Under the pieces are notes generated by a model. The model did no database searches and was not told the DNA's origin. It worked only from the letters and a program-made list of their open reading frames with translations. DNA of 64,000 nt, taken from Antedon mediterranea. Its lineage: Eukaryota > Animalia > Echinodermata. Below, piece by piece: positions 40,665-53,232 of this stretch. The stretch is taken from NCBI RefSeq assembly GCF_964355755.1, contig NC_092671.1, positions 4,340,001 through 4,404,000 of the forward strand, in the 5' to 3' direction. A program made the translations under genes and the position numbers. Every line of letters starts with the position of its first letter. The stretch's first letter is position 1.

Positions 40665-41600
40665 ATCTTTTTTAAATTATTTCTTTGAATTCCCGTGTTC
40701 AGATTCATCATAGGATACATTTGGAATTTATAAGCTACACCCTGATTTTTCCCACTATCAACACATTTACCTTGTTTGTGTACCATTTCCATAAATTACC
40801 GAGGGTAACATAAACTGCCAACCAAACAATTTTCCTTTCGGATTTAGAATGGAAGTTGTTGCACCGGTGGCGGATTGGAAACGCATTGCGGGATCTTCTT
40901 ACAGAATAGAGCATAAGTAAATATAAAATTACAATAATTATAATTAGCAAAATATTTACACAGTTCAGAATCCACAAACCATATATCGTTTATCGTGATT
41001 AATATCACATATAGTTGCACGATTTGAGATACCATACATATCATATCATACATATCAGGCCAAGGAAAAATGATTGATACGCGTACAATATATAGGCCTA
41101 CAAATACAACAGTGTTCACCGCCTAACAAACAATCCATATTACTGCACACATTTTAACAGATATTGAGAGAATACCGAATCCAGTTCCTATAAACCAATA
41201 AAGTTTACAAACTGCTATGTAACGTTCAATAGAAAGCAAAAAAATCGTTAAAACTCTTACGTGCCCGGCACAAGTACGGAAACAATAAAACAGTCCACAA
41301 TCCAAGTTATTCATTTCCACTTTATATCAATCGTATAGTTTACCGGTATTAGATCTTCGCTTATCCATATTGCTAGATACACGTAAACTGGTTTTTGCAA
41401 TTTACTCACCATAACGATAAATGCCATTATGTTGTTGACAATGCCAAAAGCAGCAAAACAGGAGTAATATAGTTAATAAAAATCCTCTCAAAGTCACCTG
41501 GAAGGAACATGTCAATGTATGCATCAAATAGACTCGTGTTAGATGTTAAATTCCCGTGTTCAAATGCATCGTAGGATGTATTGTCGACTGCAAGTGACAT
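40665..41600 (-). pseudogene. GPCR pseudogene B3, no LINE
   Basis: ATG at 41600; shares the 48-bp TM2 deletion with B2; several frameshifts and stops. Confidence 0.9.
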
Positions 41601-41974
41601 TTCTTTGTTTTTGAAAAATTCCCACAGTACCTCGGAATTGTCAATTGCCAATAAAAGAAAACATGAACGGTAACGATGATTGAAATAAGACGTACACAAT
41701 CTCTCATACAGTCCTAATAATATTGCCTTGTCAGATTTCTATTGAGTAGAGGGCAGCTGACAATGATAAAATATGGGCGCTACTATCACAGCGTGATTTT
41801 AAATGTTCTAAACTCAACAATGTATCATATTGACATTTAGAATGAGAATTGAATTCAAAGAATAAAGTTATCGTCACATCTTTACCACCAATAAGGAAAA
41901 ATGACTTTAATTAATTCCGATGATAGCTACTTGATAACAGGCCATCTTGCTGTTTAACAATATATATTTTTCTT

Positions 41975-42286
41975 TTACGTTTTTAGGCACATGTGGCCAA
42001 AGATTTACCAATAGTAAATTATAATCACTGTCCTATCAGACAGGTGGTAATCCCTCTGATACAGGGGATAATTTGTGAACCAGTTCACCGGGGTAACCCC
42101 ATACACGCCCCGAATGATGAACTGGGTTCTTTAAAGGACACACAGGTTATAACTGTGTACACTGGACCTATAGTTTATAGTCCTTATCCGAGGAGACTTG
42201 TTCCACCACCAGAACTAGGAGCGATTCAGCCTCGAACCATTGCCGATGTTGTTGGCACTTTAGGTAACCGATCGGCCATTTGACTC
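41975..42286 (-). mobile_element. Meta-type tRNA SINE
   Basis: Paralog of 10495-10811. Confidence 0.7.
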
Positions 42287-43044
42287 GCGGATGACTAAAA
42301 TACACTCACTTCTATAACACATACAGCATATTACAATATTTAAAAGCATTTTTTTTAAATAAGGTTAAACATATATAAATACAAAAATATAAAATTATTC
42401 TTTTACATAAATGCTAATTTTTTTATTAATATATAGGCCTAGTAAACCTAAGAAAAATTGCAACTTTATCTAAATGAACATCATAACAAACAGACTACAT
42501 AATTTTAGGTATGAATATCAGTTTCGAAGCATTTCATAACATCAGACCCAAAGATGCAATCTGACCATCGCATGATCCTCGTTTTTTATTTCTTCGAACA
42601 AACTGATAAATACAATTGTTTGTACGCTTTAAAGTTTCCTTATACGGATAGTGGTGTAAGCTGATAGGCTTACATCACCATTATTTTATTTCCGCTATGT
42701 CGGAAAAGAAACAATTAAGCATTGTTATTTTTTACAAATTTATTCATTATTTTTTTTTACAAAAATAATAAATTAAAAAAAAAAATATTTTACTTATCAT
42801 ATGATGTGCAGGATGTAATATAATCTTAGAATCACAGTCATTATTACATAACTACATAATCGGAGTTCGTGATAATCCTATGATGTATGGTAATCTGAGT
42901 ATAACAACGGTATCATATAAAAGTAACACAATCTGTGAAAAATGTTTCCTTCTTAGATGTAATACTAGGATCGGATGCTTGACGATTTGCTACATGTACG
43001 GAATTTACTTAAAGCATAAAGTATATCAAAGAATATTATAAGAA

Positions 43045-45597
43045 CTAGATGGCACGCTCGCTTCGCTCGCGTACCATCTAGGGGTGCTCACAGATGGTTC
43101 TCGAATACAGTAGAATCCACGGACGGGGACTTTTTTGGGACACTAAACAAAAACGGAAGTGTCCCCCTAATTCAGAAATAGAGACAACAAAACCAATACT
43201 GGATTCCATAAAGGACAATTAATTTATGTGGATTAAAGAAATTAGGGAGAAATGGAAATGTATGTACGGGAATTGGGCGGCACGTGGTGGTGGTGATGGA
43301 ACCGCAGTAATAAAGTTGATTGTATTTATATATTATAAGAACCAAACTAAATAAATAGACCTAGACATTCTGCGAAATGGAAATCGGAAATTCAAGCTCC
43401 TATTCAGTGAAAAATTAAACTGTAGTCTACCTAAATATTTAGGGCAAATCATCGGTTGTGGTGTTGAAATTCCTGTAAACATTTGTGTGAACCAAACTGG
43501 GTCGAATTTCTGTCATGAGTACTGATTTGTTGGCCTGTGATTTATGACGCCTAAGGGATCTATCTAGACTTATTTTTTAGAATAATGTACGTACCTGTCA
43601 GATACAATTGTCTTGTGTCGTATAATAAATAAGTACTGTAATAGTTACTGAAGTTACTATTACAATCTCGTCAATGAAAACACGAAAATGTATATGCACT
43701 TACTTATGAAAACGTATACAGTATTATACTCAGTTATTGAAACAGTATGTTTTAAAAAAAGTTTCGTTTGTCTGTAAAATGATGTAATCAAGCTGTTTAC
43801 ATGAGTCTTAATTTATAAGCACTCAATAATAAAATAGTTTATCTATCCTGTAATTGGCGAGATTATGGTCGCTGTTGAATGAAATAAAGCCAATCGGTAT
43901 CATATTTGTACAGAAACGTTTTCGCGGCCGAAGGGTGTAACCTAAATTCGTTGTATTATCGTCAAAAACTAACTGTAACTAAACTTACATAGAAAGTAGG
44001 GTATCATAAATTTGGCCTTAGCACTCGGGGGAGTGGCTAAGATGAAGTCCGTGGGACTACTAAATATAAATTGTAATGAACCTCGAGGGACATAAATAGG
44101 AATATTTCATGTTTCATTATCAATGTATAATAAATGGAAACTGTTTACCGATTCAAATAATAGAAATTGGTTTTTAACATATTCCGAACCTATTGCAAGT
44201 TTATTCTCAAAGGGCCCATATATTTACCTACCGTATGTGTTAAACCAAGGGCTCATAAATTTACCTACAGTACTTGTGTTAAACCAAACTCTGGCAGACT
44301 GAGAGATTGGGATGTTCCATTCATCGCAAATCAATACATTTGTATAATCGTATATTAAATCTATCAAAATAGTATTTTTTAAAGAAAATCGGCCTGTCTT
44401 CAACATTATGATGGTGTACTCTAGCAATCTATCAAAATAGTATTTTTTAAAGAAAATCGGCCTGTCTTCAACATTATGATGGTGTACTCTAGCTGTTCAA
44501 CCGGTTTTCAGCTATTAAAAACAATTATCGTAGGAGGAGATAGGAAAATGCGAAGCCTCCTCGCTATGTAACATTAGGGTTGAGGGATGGGAAAGCGGAT
44601 AGGTACAAAGAGGAACAATTTTTAAATATATTCTTTATCCACTGAGTAACGAAATATTTTGTTCATGTTTTATAGGCCTATAAATAATATACCTCTAAAT
44701 ACAGTAGGCCTAAAACATTTGCGATTTAATACTTTGTTAAAACTGTCACTGTCATAATCGATTGAAATATTAAAGTACATGTCACGATACACCACTACGA
44801 CGTTTATATTTTTGGTAATTATTAATTAATACAAACGTTGAGAAGGAACTGTCAGTATAAAGTTTATTTGTATATCTAACAGTAGAGCCTATCCACAGTC
44901 TCAGTAATAAAGTTTATTTGTATATATTTTTATATTACATAACAGTACGAACATTCACAGTAAGAAATGTTCGATTCAAATGAAAAATAGTTAATAGGTA
45001 TTTACAGTATTGTCAAAGTATTGCAAGTTTATTCTCAAAGGGCCCATATATTTACCTACCGTATGTGTTAAACCAAGGGCTCATAAATTTACCTACAGTA
45101 CTTGTGTTAAACCAACTCTGGCAGACTGAGAGATTGGGATGTTCCATTCATCGCAAGTCAATACATTTGTATAATCGTATATTAAATCTATCAAAATAGT
45201 ATTTTTTAAAGAAAATCGGCCTGTCTTCAACATTATGATGGTGTACTCTAGCTGTTCAACCGGTTTTCAGCTATTAAAAACAATTATCGTAGGAGGAGAT
45301 AGAAAAATGCGAAGCCTCCTCGCATTTTTTTGGCGGGTATTTTTCAAGATGGACATCCATTAGACAGTGTATACCACGATCGGAAAACACCCCTATTTGG
45401 GGCAAATCGTTGAACCTAAATTCGTTTTAATCGTCAATAACTAATTATCTAACTCAATTTAATTAGTAAACAGGGTTACATCAGGCGGTTAAAATCAGTA
45501 CCGAAAGTACGAACCAACTTTACATACCATCGAGTGAAAATTCTAGAAGTAAGGCGCGATTTACCGAATTTTGCCCTTACGTAAATTTATATATAGA
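43045..45597 (-). mobile_element. Non-autonomous Helitron, 2.55 kb
   Basis: Inserted at GAA|TGAG with no TSD (empty sites near 11563 and 24539); minus strand TC...CTAG; terminal hairpin CTAGATGG...CCATCTAG at 43045-43081; internal duplication ~44191-44563 / ~45019-45323. Confidence 0.85.
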
Positions 45598-45784
45598 TGA
45601 GAGCAATCCGCAATTTCTCTGCCCCACTAATGTTTCGCAGAGTCATAATAATTAACTGGCTCTGGTTTTCCGTGGAGTAGGGCATCGACAAGTTTTTGTG
45701 GCGGTTATACTAATCTAAGCCCGGACAAAGGGGTTTTATGATAAAAATGTTATCAACTATACATATGCTAACATCATGTTAAAT

Positions 45785-46095
45785 GCCACATCATCATTGT
45801 CACCATCTTCAAACGTCACTATCCTTATCACCATTGTCACCCTCATCATTGTCACCATTATCATTTTCATCATCATCATTGCCACCATCGTCAAACGTCA
45901 CCATCTTCATCATCATTGTCACTATTATCATTGTCACCATCATCATTTTCACCATCATCATTGTCACCATTGTCAAACGTAACCATCCACATCATCATTG
46001 TCACCATCGTCAGACTTAACCATCCTCGTCACCATTGTCACCATTATCAACGTCATCATCCTCGTCATCATTATCATGGTCACCATCTTCATTGT
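45785..46095. repeat. (CAT/CAC/TGT)n repeat
   Basis: Paralog of 11750-12060. Confidence 0.9.
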
Positions 46096-47036
46096 TGGCA
46101 TTCACACGGTGTTTGATAAAGAAAGACAATTTTGGGGTTTTTGTTTTTCATTTATTTTTTTGCACAAATAATTATTAACCAAAAGCAACTGGAAATAAAG
46201 CCTAATATTTAAAGATGTATTGTCCCTTAAAAACATGAAAATGGATTTTGTATAGGCCATTTTGTAGTTATAACCAAGTTAATCACTTCCATAGAAAAAA
46301 ACCCGAAAAAATATGATTTCACTTACAAAATGACAAAATAAACGGTTCAATTCAATCAGAAACTCACTGAATTCCAGCCAATTTGACTATTCAAAAAAAA
46401 ATTACAGTTTTCAGGTAAATAATCCAGGTAATAACAATTATGTGACATTGAAATGGCATATAAAAAAGGGACAATACATCTTTAATAAATTTAATTATAA
46501 ACATTAATATTTTCTATACAATAATAAAATAATTAAACAGTTCATTAAGCAGATTTACTGGATTTTACGTTTTGTATAGAATACACTTATATTTATGTTA
46601 ACGTTATCTTCTTCCATTCCCTAGGAAGGTACGTATCTATAAACGCATCAAATACAGATGGAAGTGAAATTTTGTTTTAAATGGTTTCTAATGTTAATAA
46701 CAATAGAAGTAATAATGAAGTGGGTCCTTCTTGAAATAAAAGTCAAAGATACACTATAAGGACGATAATTGTGATTTCTTATGCACTTTTAGAGGTGTAG
46801 TAAACCTTACCAAACTAGTGAAGTATTTCTAAAAGCAATGAAAAAAAGTATTGCAAAACGTTCATAAGTTGACTGAAACAAGTTTAGACGTAATTATGTT
46901 GAAATGAAATAATTCATTAATGAATGTTTTTTAAAAGATTTTAAAAAATATAGGGTAATCTATCATGTTTGCTAATGAAGTTATTAATTTTAATTCCAGC
47001 ATAAATTAAATACAAGTAAAGTATAAATTGGTAAAA

Positions 47037-48089
47037 TCATCTAATCAATCTCATCCGAATTCTTCTGTAGAAAACGTCAACAAACTCTCGCCTAAAACCG
47101 TCATTTACTACATTATATATCAAAGGATTTACAGAAGAATTTAGATATGTTAGAAATCGACATATATTTAAAAATAAAGAATCACCCGATCCAAGAATGT
47201 TTAAAAAGTATAACATTCCAAAAAAATAAAGTGGTTGCACGAGAACGACGTAAACTGCGACTGTCACAAAAACTGTCCAGAATATTTTCCTTTCAGATTT
47301 AAAATGTGGGTCGTTCTCACGTGAATTTGATACTTTTTTGCGGGATTTTCTTATAGAATAGAGCATAAGTGAATATAAAATTACCATACTTATAATTAGC
47401 AACATATTAACAGTTAAGTTCAAAATCCACAAAATTGTACACAGTGTATTGTAGCTTGGATTATAACCACATATAGTTGCACGATTTGAAATACCTCTAT
47501 ACATGTCAGGCCAAGGAAGAATGATGGATGCGCGTATAGCATACACAAATGCTACAGTGTTCACAGACAAACAGAAAATCCATATAACTACACACATTTT
47601 TACGGATCTTGAAGTACCAAATCTACTTGTTTTAAACTGAAAAGGTCTGCAAACTGCCATATAACGTTCAATGGAAAGTCCAACAATCGTTAAAACTCCT
47701 GCATGCAGGGCACAATTACTGAAATAATCAAACAGTCCACATTCAAAGTTGTTTATTTCCATTTCATCAATCGTATAGTTCACCGGTATTAAATCCTCAC
47801 TTATCCATATTTTACTGGGCCCTATAATTAAATTCATTGTATCAGCAATTGCCAAATTGGCTAGATACACGTAAACTGTTGTGTGTAATTTACTCACCAT
47901 GACGATAAATGTCATTATGTTTCCCACAATGCCAAAAGCAACAACAACAGGAATAATATAGTTAATCAAAATCCTCTCGAAGTCACTAGGAAGGAACATA
48001 TCAATGTAAGCATCAAATAGACTCGTGTTAGATGTTAAATTCCCGTATTCAAATGCATCATACGATGCATTGTCGACGGAGAGTGACAT
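47037..48089 (-). CDS. Class A GPCR, 350 aa, diverged intact paralog (type C)
   Basis: Same motifs (NLAIAD, SIERY, NSSVNPLIY). Start set at ATG 48089 by homology (MSLSVDN), not at the upstream TTG of the ORF track. Confidence 0.92.
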   Translation of the reverse strand: MSLSVDNASYDAFEYGNLTSNTSLFDAYIDMFLPSDFERILINYIIPVVVAFGIVGNIMTFIVMVSKLHTTVYVYLANLAIADTMNLIIGPSKIWISEDLIPVNYTIDEMEINNFECGLFDYFSNCALHAGVLTIVGLSIERYMAVCRPFQFKTSRFGTSRSVKMCVVIWIFCLSVNTVAFVYAIRASIILPWPDMYRGISNRATICGYNPSYNTLCTILWILNLTVNMLLIISMVILYSLMLYSIRKSRKKVSNSRENDPHFKSERKIFWTVFVTVAVYVVLVQPLYFFGMLYFLNILGSGDSLFLNICRFLTYLNSSVNPLIYNVVNDGFRREFVDVFYRRIRMRLIR

Positions 48090-48529
48090 TTCTTTGTTTT
48101 TGGAAAATTCCCACAGAATGCCTATAGTTTCCAATAAAAGAAAACGTGAACGATTAACTATGATTGAAATAAGACGCCAGTGAACAGGAAACAAATTCAA
48201 ACAGTCCTATAGATGCTTTGTCAGAATTCTATTGAGTAGAGGGACTTCAAACTCACAGTGCTCCCTATATAACGAGTTTAGCTACTGCTGACAATGATAA
48301 AATGTGGGCGTTACTATGCACGAAAGTGATTTTAAAATGTATTGGTATACGGTGGTTTTACTAAACTCAACGTATCCTATTCAAATGTAGACGTAACGAA
48401 TGAGAATTGAATTCAAAGAATAAAGTTATCGGTGGAATGTAGCCACACCTATTTACCCCCAATAAGGAAAAAGGACTTTAATTTTAATGAATGTACTTGA
48501 TAACAGGCCATCGTTGTTGTTTAACAAAA

Positions 48530-48641
48530 TGTTCTATGGAATTTCTCTATATATCTCTACAACTCACTATGTCGGTCAGTTGGTCGGTAAACACTAATTC
48601 AAATTTGAGCACGCGACTGCAGCCATGTATATGGCCTTGTT
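48530..48641 (+). mobile_element. Partial DINE-1/HINE-like short element
   Basis: Shares CAAATTTG.GCACGCGACTG...GCCATGTATATGGCCTTGTT with 57773-57857; absent from the paralogous spacers; GTCG/GTTG-like short repeats. Confidence 0.5.
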
Positions 48642-49847
48642 ATTTTATGTCTTTAGCCACATGTGGCCAAAATTACCAATAGTAAATTATAATCACCAGG
48701 CCCGTAGCCAGAATGCATCAGAGGGGGGTTTTCTTGACACCAAGTATTTTGCGAGCACAGCGAGCAACTGTAGGCTGGGGGCCAGGGGGCCGCCAAGGGC
48801 CCCGGTCGGGGTCCAGGGGCGAAGGCCCCTGGAAGCTTTGGCTCTCAGAGCAATTTCGGTTGTTTTAATAAGCTTACAGAGACATTTTTTACCTACTAAA
48901 ATCTGAGTTATGCAGAGAAATTATATAGTACAGTATTATGGAAGTTAGTAGTACTGATCATGAAATACAGCTTTATTGTTGCAAAAAAGAATATTATATT
49001 AGGCCCTTAAATAATTTCTTATCCTATAAACATAAAAAACAAATAGTACCGTATATTTCGGTGTACAAGTCGCACCTGTGTATAAGACGCACCCATAACG
49101 GAGACTGAAATATTAGTATTTTTTATGTAGTCGATGCATAAGACGCATTTTAATAATAAAACAACGATATTTGAGACATATTTATTAGAATCAAATGATA
49201 TAATTTTGTTTGATTGCCTTTATTACATCGTATCAGTCTCTACTTCAACTGAACGTTCAATGAAAAGGGAAATCCCCATATTGTTTCAGTTACGATGCAC
49301 TGTGTGGGTAGGGCTAGCCTTAGCCTATCTATGTCTATTTAAGTAACTTTAATTTCACATTATTTAAATATATACCTTCTTATTGTGTGTATGACCATTA
49401 TAAAATCAATCCAAATGATGTTCAGTTTTTTGGGCTGATAATGAACCAGGAATATCATGTTGGGTAGGCCTATATGAAAATCTTTCCTATTTTCATGCAT
49501 GCATTACAGCAATATGAGGAGAGGAGAGCACTAACCATGTGCTCCTTGCCTGGTGGCCAGCACTGTTGGCCATATACACTATGAGATTAGGGGAAGCTAC
49601 TTACAATAACAACACACTCTTTTAGATATCGCTTGACATACGAACTATTGCCTAAATGATTATAAAATCATGTGATTGTTGACATAGAGATGTAATAAAA
49701 ATAAACCATCGTGATCAAGGGAAATAGTTATTGTGTAATTAAAATGTGACACCACCGTAATTAATGGACTCTTCCATAAATGTGTTGCGCTGATGCTGCA
49801 TGCTGCTAGAATACACACCCGCGAGTACTAGGCCTGGGTAGAATATC

Positions 49848-50510
49848 TACGGTGGCCTATAAGTGTCACGGCAACTTTCAAAAAATATCACGGCAATTGT
49901 TTCAAAAAAAGCCACGGCAATTTGAAAAAAGCCACGGCAATTTGAAAAAAGCCACGGCAAATTAAAAATAAAACATCACGGCAAATTAGAAATAAAACAT
50001 CACGGCAATTTAACAAAAATACCACGGCAACTTTAAAAATGAAACACCAAGGCAAATTAGTATTGAAACGCCACGGCAAATTAGTAATGAAACACCACGG
50101 CAAATTACAGAAAGCCACGGCGGAAATGAGTTACCACGGCGGAAGTAAAACCCCTGGAATCTTCGATTTTTTCTGAGGTAAGTAATTATTTGTGCATTGA
50201 TGTAAATAATAATTAATATATTAGTGTATTTAACTGCAGCAGTTACGACGTACGTGTTTATTGCACTCTTCTTGAACTGCCTAGGCCGGGCTAGACCCTA
50301 GGCCTTATTACAAGGCACTACATTCTACAACGTTTTAATATTTTTACAGTAATCTTTTTTTTATATTAACATTAACAAGTTTTTTTTTACAGTAGGCCTA
50401 GCCTCTGTCTCTATCTAGGCCTAGCTAGGCTAGCTGTTACATACAGGCCTAACTAGAGGCCTTATTAGTAGTAAAACTAGGCTAGGCCTAGTAGTAGTAG
50501 GGCATAGCTA
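49848..50510 (+). repeat. Left TIR with an array of CACGGC(AA) motifs (49867-50140)
   Basis: About a dozen motifs spaced 17-31 bp apart; inverted copy at 55885-56512. Confidence 0.9.
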
Positions 50511-51042
50511 AGCCTAGGCTAGGCTATATTTCTATAAATAATAAAAATAATAATAAAGCTTTAGCAGGTTTTAGGTTGTTGTCAGCAGGTTTAGGTCTAG
50601 GCCTAGTTTAGGCTTAATAACGGCCCTGGCTATGTCTATGTATGAATCATAGCGAATGTATACTATATATAGGCCTAGGCCTAGTAGGCATAACAACATG
50701 GAGATGGTTTGGCTAATAATAAAGAGGCCTAGCCGGCACTACTGTGTACTTTGACACCTAACTGGGCATAAGACGGTCACTCACCATCACAATCGCTCAG
50801 CAGATAATTGTTTTTAAATTGGGTTAAGCTTGTGAGATGTGGTGCAAAGTAGCACTAACCAAGTCTAGGCAGTTGCATTATTGTTAGTAGGTAAGTGTAA
50901 ATTAATTGTCTGATACATACAGTACACAATATATTTTCTATTTTCAGGAACTATTATGAATATGTGAGAGTCTTGGTTGTGAAGGTGCCAAGAAAAAGTG
51001 ACCATATTTATAGGCTGTATAGGCCGTACACAGTAATGCAAT

Positions 51043-52206
51043 ATGACTGGCAGAGAAAACAGTGATCTGGATGAGACAGAAGAAGATGAAATTGATGAAG
51101 ACGGATTAATCAAATATTATTTTTTCAAAGGTTTTATATATGATGAAATCTGTTTGTTTTTGTCCAAGTACCATGGCATAGAATTAAGTTTAAGTACGTT
51201 GAAAAGGAGGATAAAGCGTCTAGGACTTAAACGTAAAAATCCAGATTATGATATTGATTTTATAACAGAGTCCATCCAAACATTACTGAATGGACCTGAT
51301 AGTCAGAGAGGTTACCGTTCAATTTGGCACACACTGCAATTAAATGGTATACGGGTACCAAGATTGGTTGTCGAACAAGTACTACGAGAGCTGGACCCAG
51401 ATGGTGTTCAAGAAAGGGCACGCCATCGACTAAAAAGACGAGTTTATCGTAATCCCGGACCGAATCATTCGTGGCATTGTGATGGGTATGACAAACTAAA
51501 ACCTTTCGGCTTTCCTATTCATGGTTGTATTGACGGTTGGAGCAGGAAAATTATTTGGTTATATGTAACCCGCTCAAATAATTTACCCACAAATATTTTT
51601 TTATAATTTTATTTAGAAGCAGCGGAGAAAGCTGCAGGATGTCCAATTGACTTGGTTACTGATCGTGGAACAGAAAATGGTTTAATGGCTGCAATGCAAG
51701 CCTTTTTTAGAGATGATCCAGGTAGTCACCGTTATGTTCCTTCGCCAAGGAATCAAAGGATAGAAGGATGGTGGTCTTTTTTTAGACGAAGTCACACACA
51801 TTGGTGGATTAATTTTTTTAAAGAACTTTGTGAAAATAATGTTGTTGACCTTACTAATTTACTGCATAAGGAGTGCCTCTGGTTTTGTTTTAGTGATTTA
51901 CTACAAAAGAGCATTGATGAAGTTAAAGAGCATTGGAACACTCACTATATTCGCAAATCACGACATGATACTGTACAGGGGCGACCTGATTCTTTGTATT
52001 TTTTACCAGAACTTCATGGGGGTACTTCAAACTTGCTACTTTCTATTACAGAACACAACAAGAGATTTGCGAAGGAACATTTGATTGAAACAGAAGAAAA
52101 TAATATTCACAATGACTATTTTATCTACATCATGGAAACATGTCAGTTCCAGCAACCTAGTAATTGGCAAGAAGCACTTAGGCTTAATTGTATGGTATGC
52201 TGTTAA
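51043..52206 (+). pseudogene. IS3/IS481-like DDE transposase (integrase core) with one in-frame stop at 51604-51606
   Basis: HTH-like N-terminus (LSLSTLKRRIKRLGL), RGYRSIW, and triad WHCDGYDKL / VTDRGTEN / NQRIEGWW. The two ORFs are in the same frame (NIFL*FYLEA). Confidence 0.88.
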
Positions 52207-53232
52207 TGGTGTCAATTGAGAAAATACCTGCACTGGTTCTAGTAGTTTTGCATTCATTATAAAAAGTTTTAATTTACAATAAAACTGAAAATGTTGAATA
52301 AAACCGAAAATAATTCAAGTATTGAGTTAGCAAATTATTGTATTGTTATGTTTTGCTTATAACAGCTTATCAGCTTGAATGGAGTGTTTTATAATGTACT
52401 CATATTATATGTTTCACTTATAGAATGGATTTGGATAAAAATGGCCTATTTAAAGTTTAATTTTTGTAAACAATGAACAATTGCTAAATAAACATGAATA
52501 ACTATACATTAGTTGTTGAGTAAACTCTGCCATTTCATTTATTATTTATTTATTTATTATTTCAGTAATGCATTTGAATAATGTTATAATTGTGATGTCA
52601 TTACTGTTTTAAAATATCGTCTGTAGACAAAACTATGAGAAAATATATATGGTGTTCATTTTAATTATATGTAAAACAATGTAAAAATGTGGTCTATTTA
52701 TCAAGTAAGTAATATGACTATAATGCATTGCAACATGTGGTTTATTCAAATGTGTACTACTGTATTCATTACAGCAGGCCAAGAGGAAACATTTTCTAAT
52801 AACTTAGAAATACAGTGGAAGAAACACTGTAAATATATGCAGAAACTTTAACATATTAAAACACTATTTATCTTTTACAGTATTATTTAAAAGAAGCACT
52901 GATTTTAATTTTGAAATTTACCTCTTTTTTGTTAACTATGCGTGCTGGTACTAATTATTATACTAAACAGGATTTCCATTGCCTAATTATAATAAAATGA
53001 TTGGAAAATCAAATAAAACATTAGCAAGTCATCAAACGTAAAACCATTTCAACAACAAACTTTTAAGTCATAATAGAATAAACACTGTTTATTATAAACA
53101 GAACTGTTTATTATAAACAGAACTAGAACACAATAATAACTCCGAAATACAGTGCTAATGCTTGAAAAACATGAACATATGTTGGTCAGTGGCAATCTAT
53201 AAAGAATGTATAATTGGCTGCTTGTTGTTTAA

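Noticed and set aside
48090-48200. 37-aa N-terminal extension of GPCR C
   Set aside because: It starts at TTG, and all paralogs start at MSL(S/A)VDN.
49867-50140. CACGGCAA repeats with variable spacers resembling CRISPR or iterons
   Set aside because: They are mirrored at 56221-56494 as part of the TIRs; most likely transposase-binding sites.
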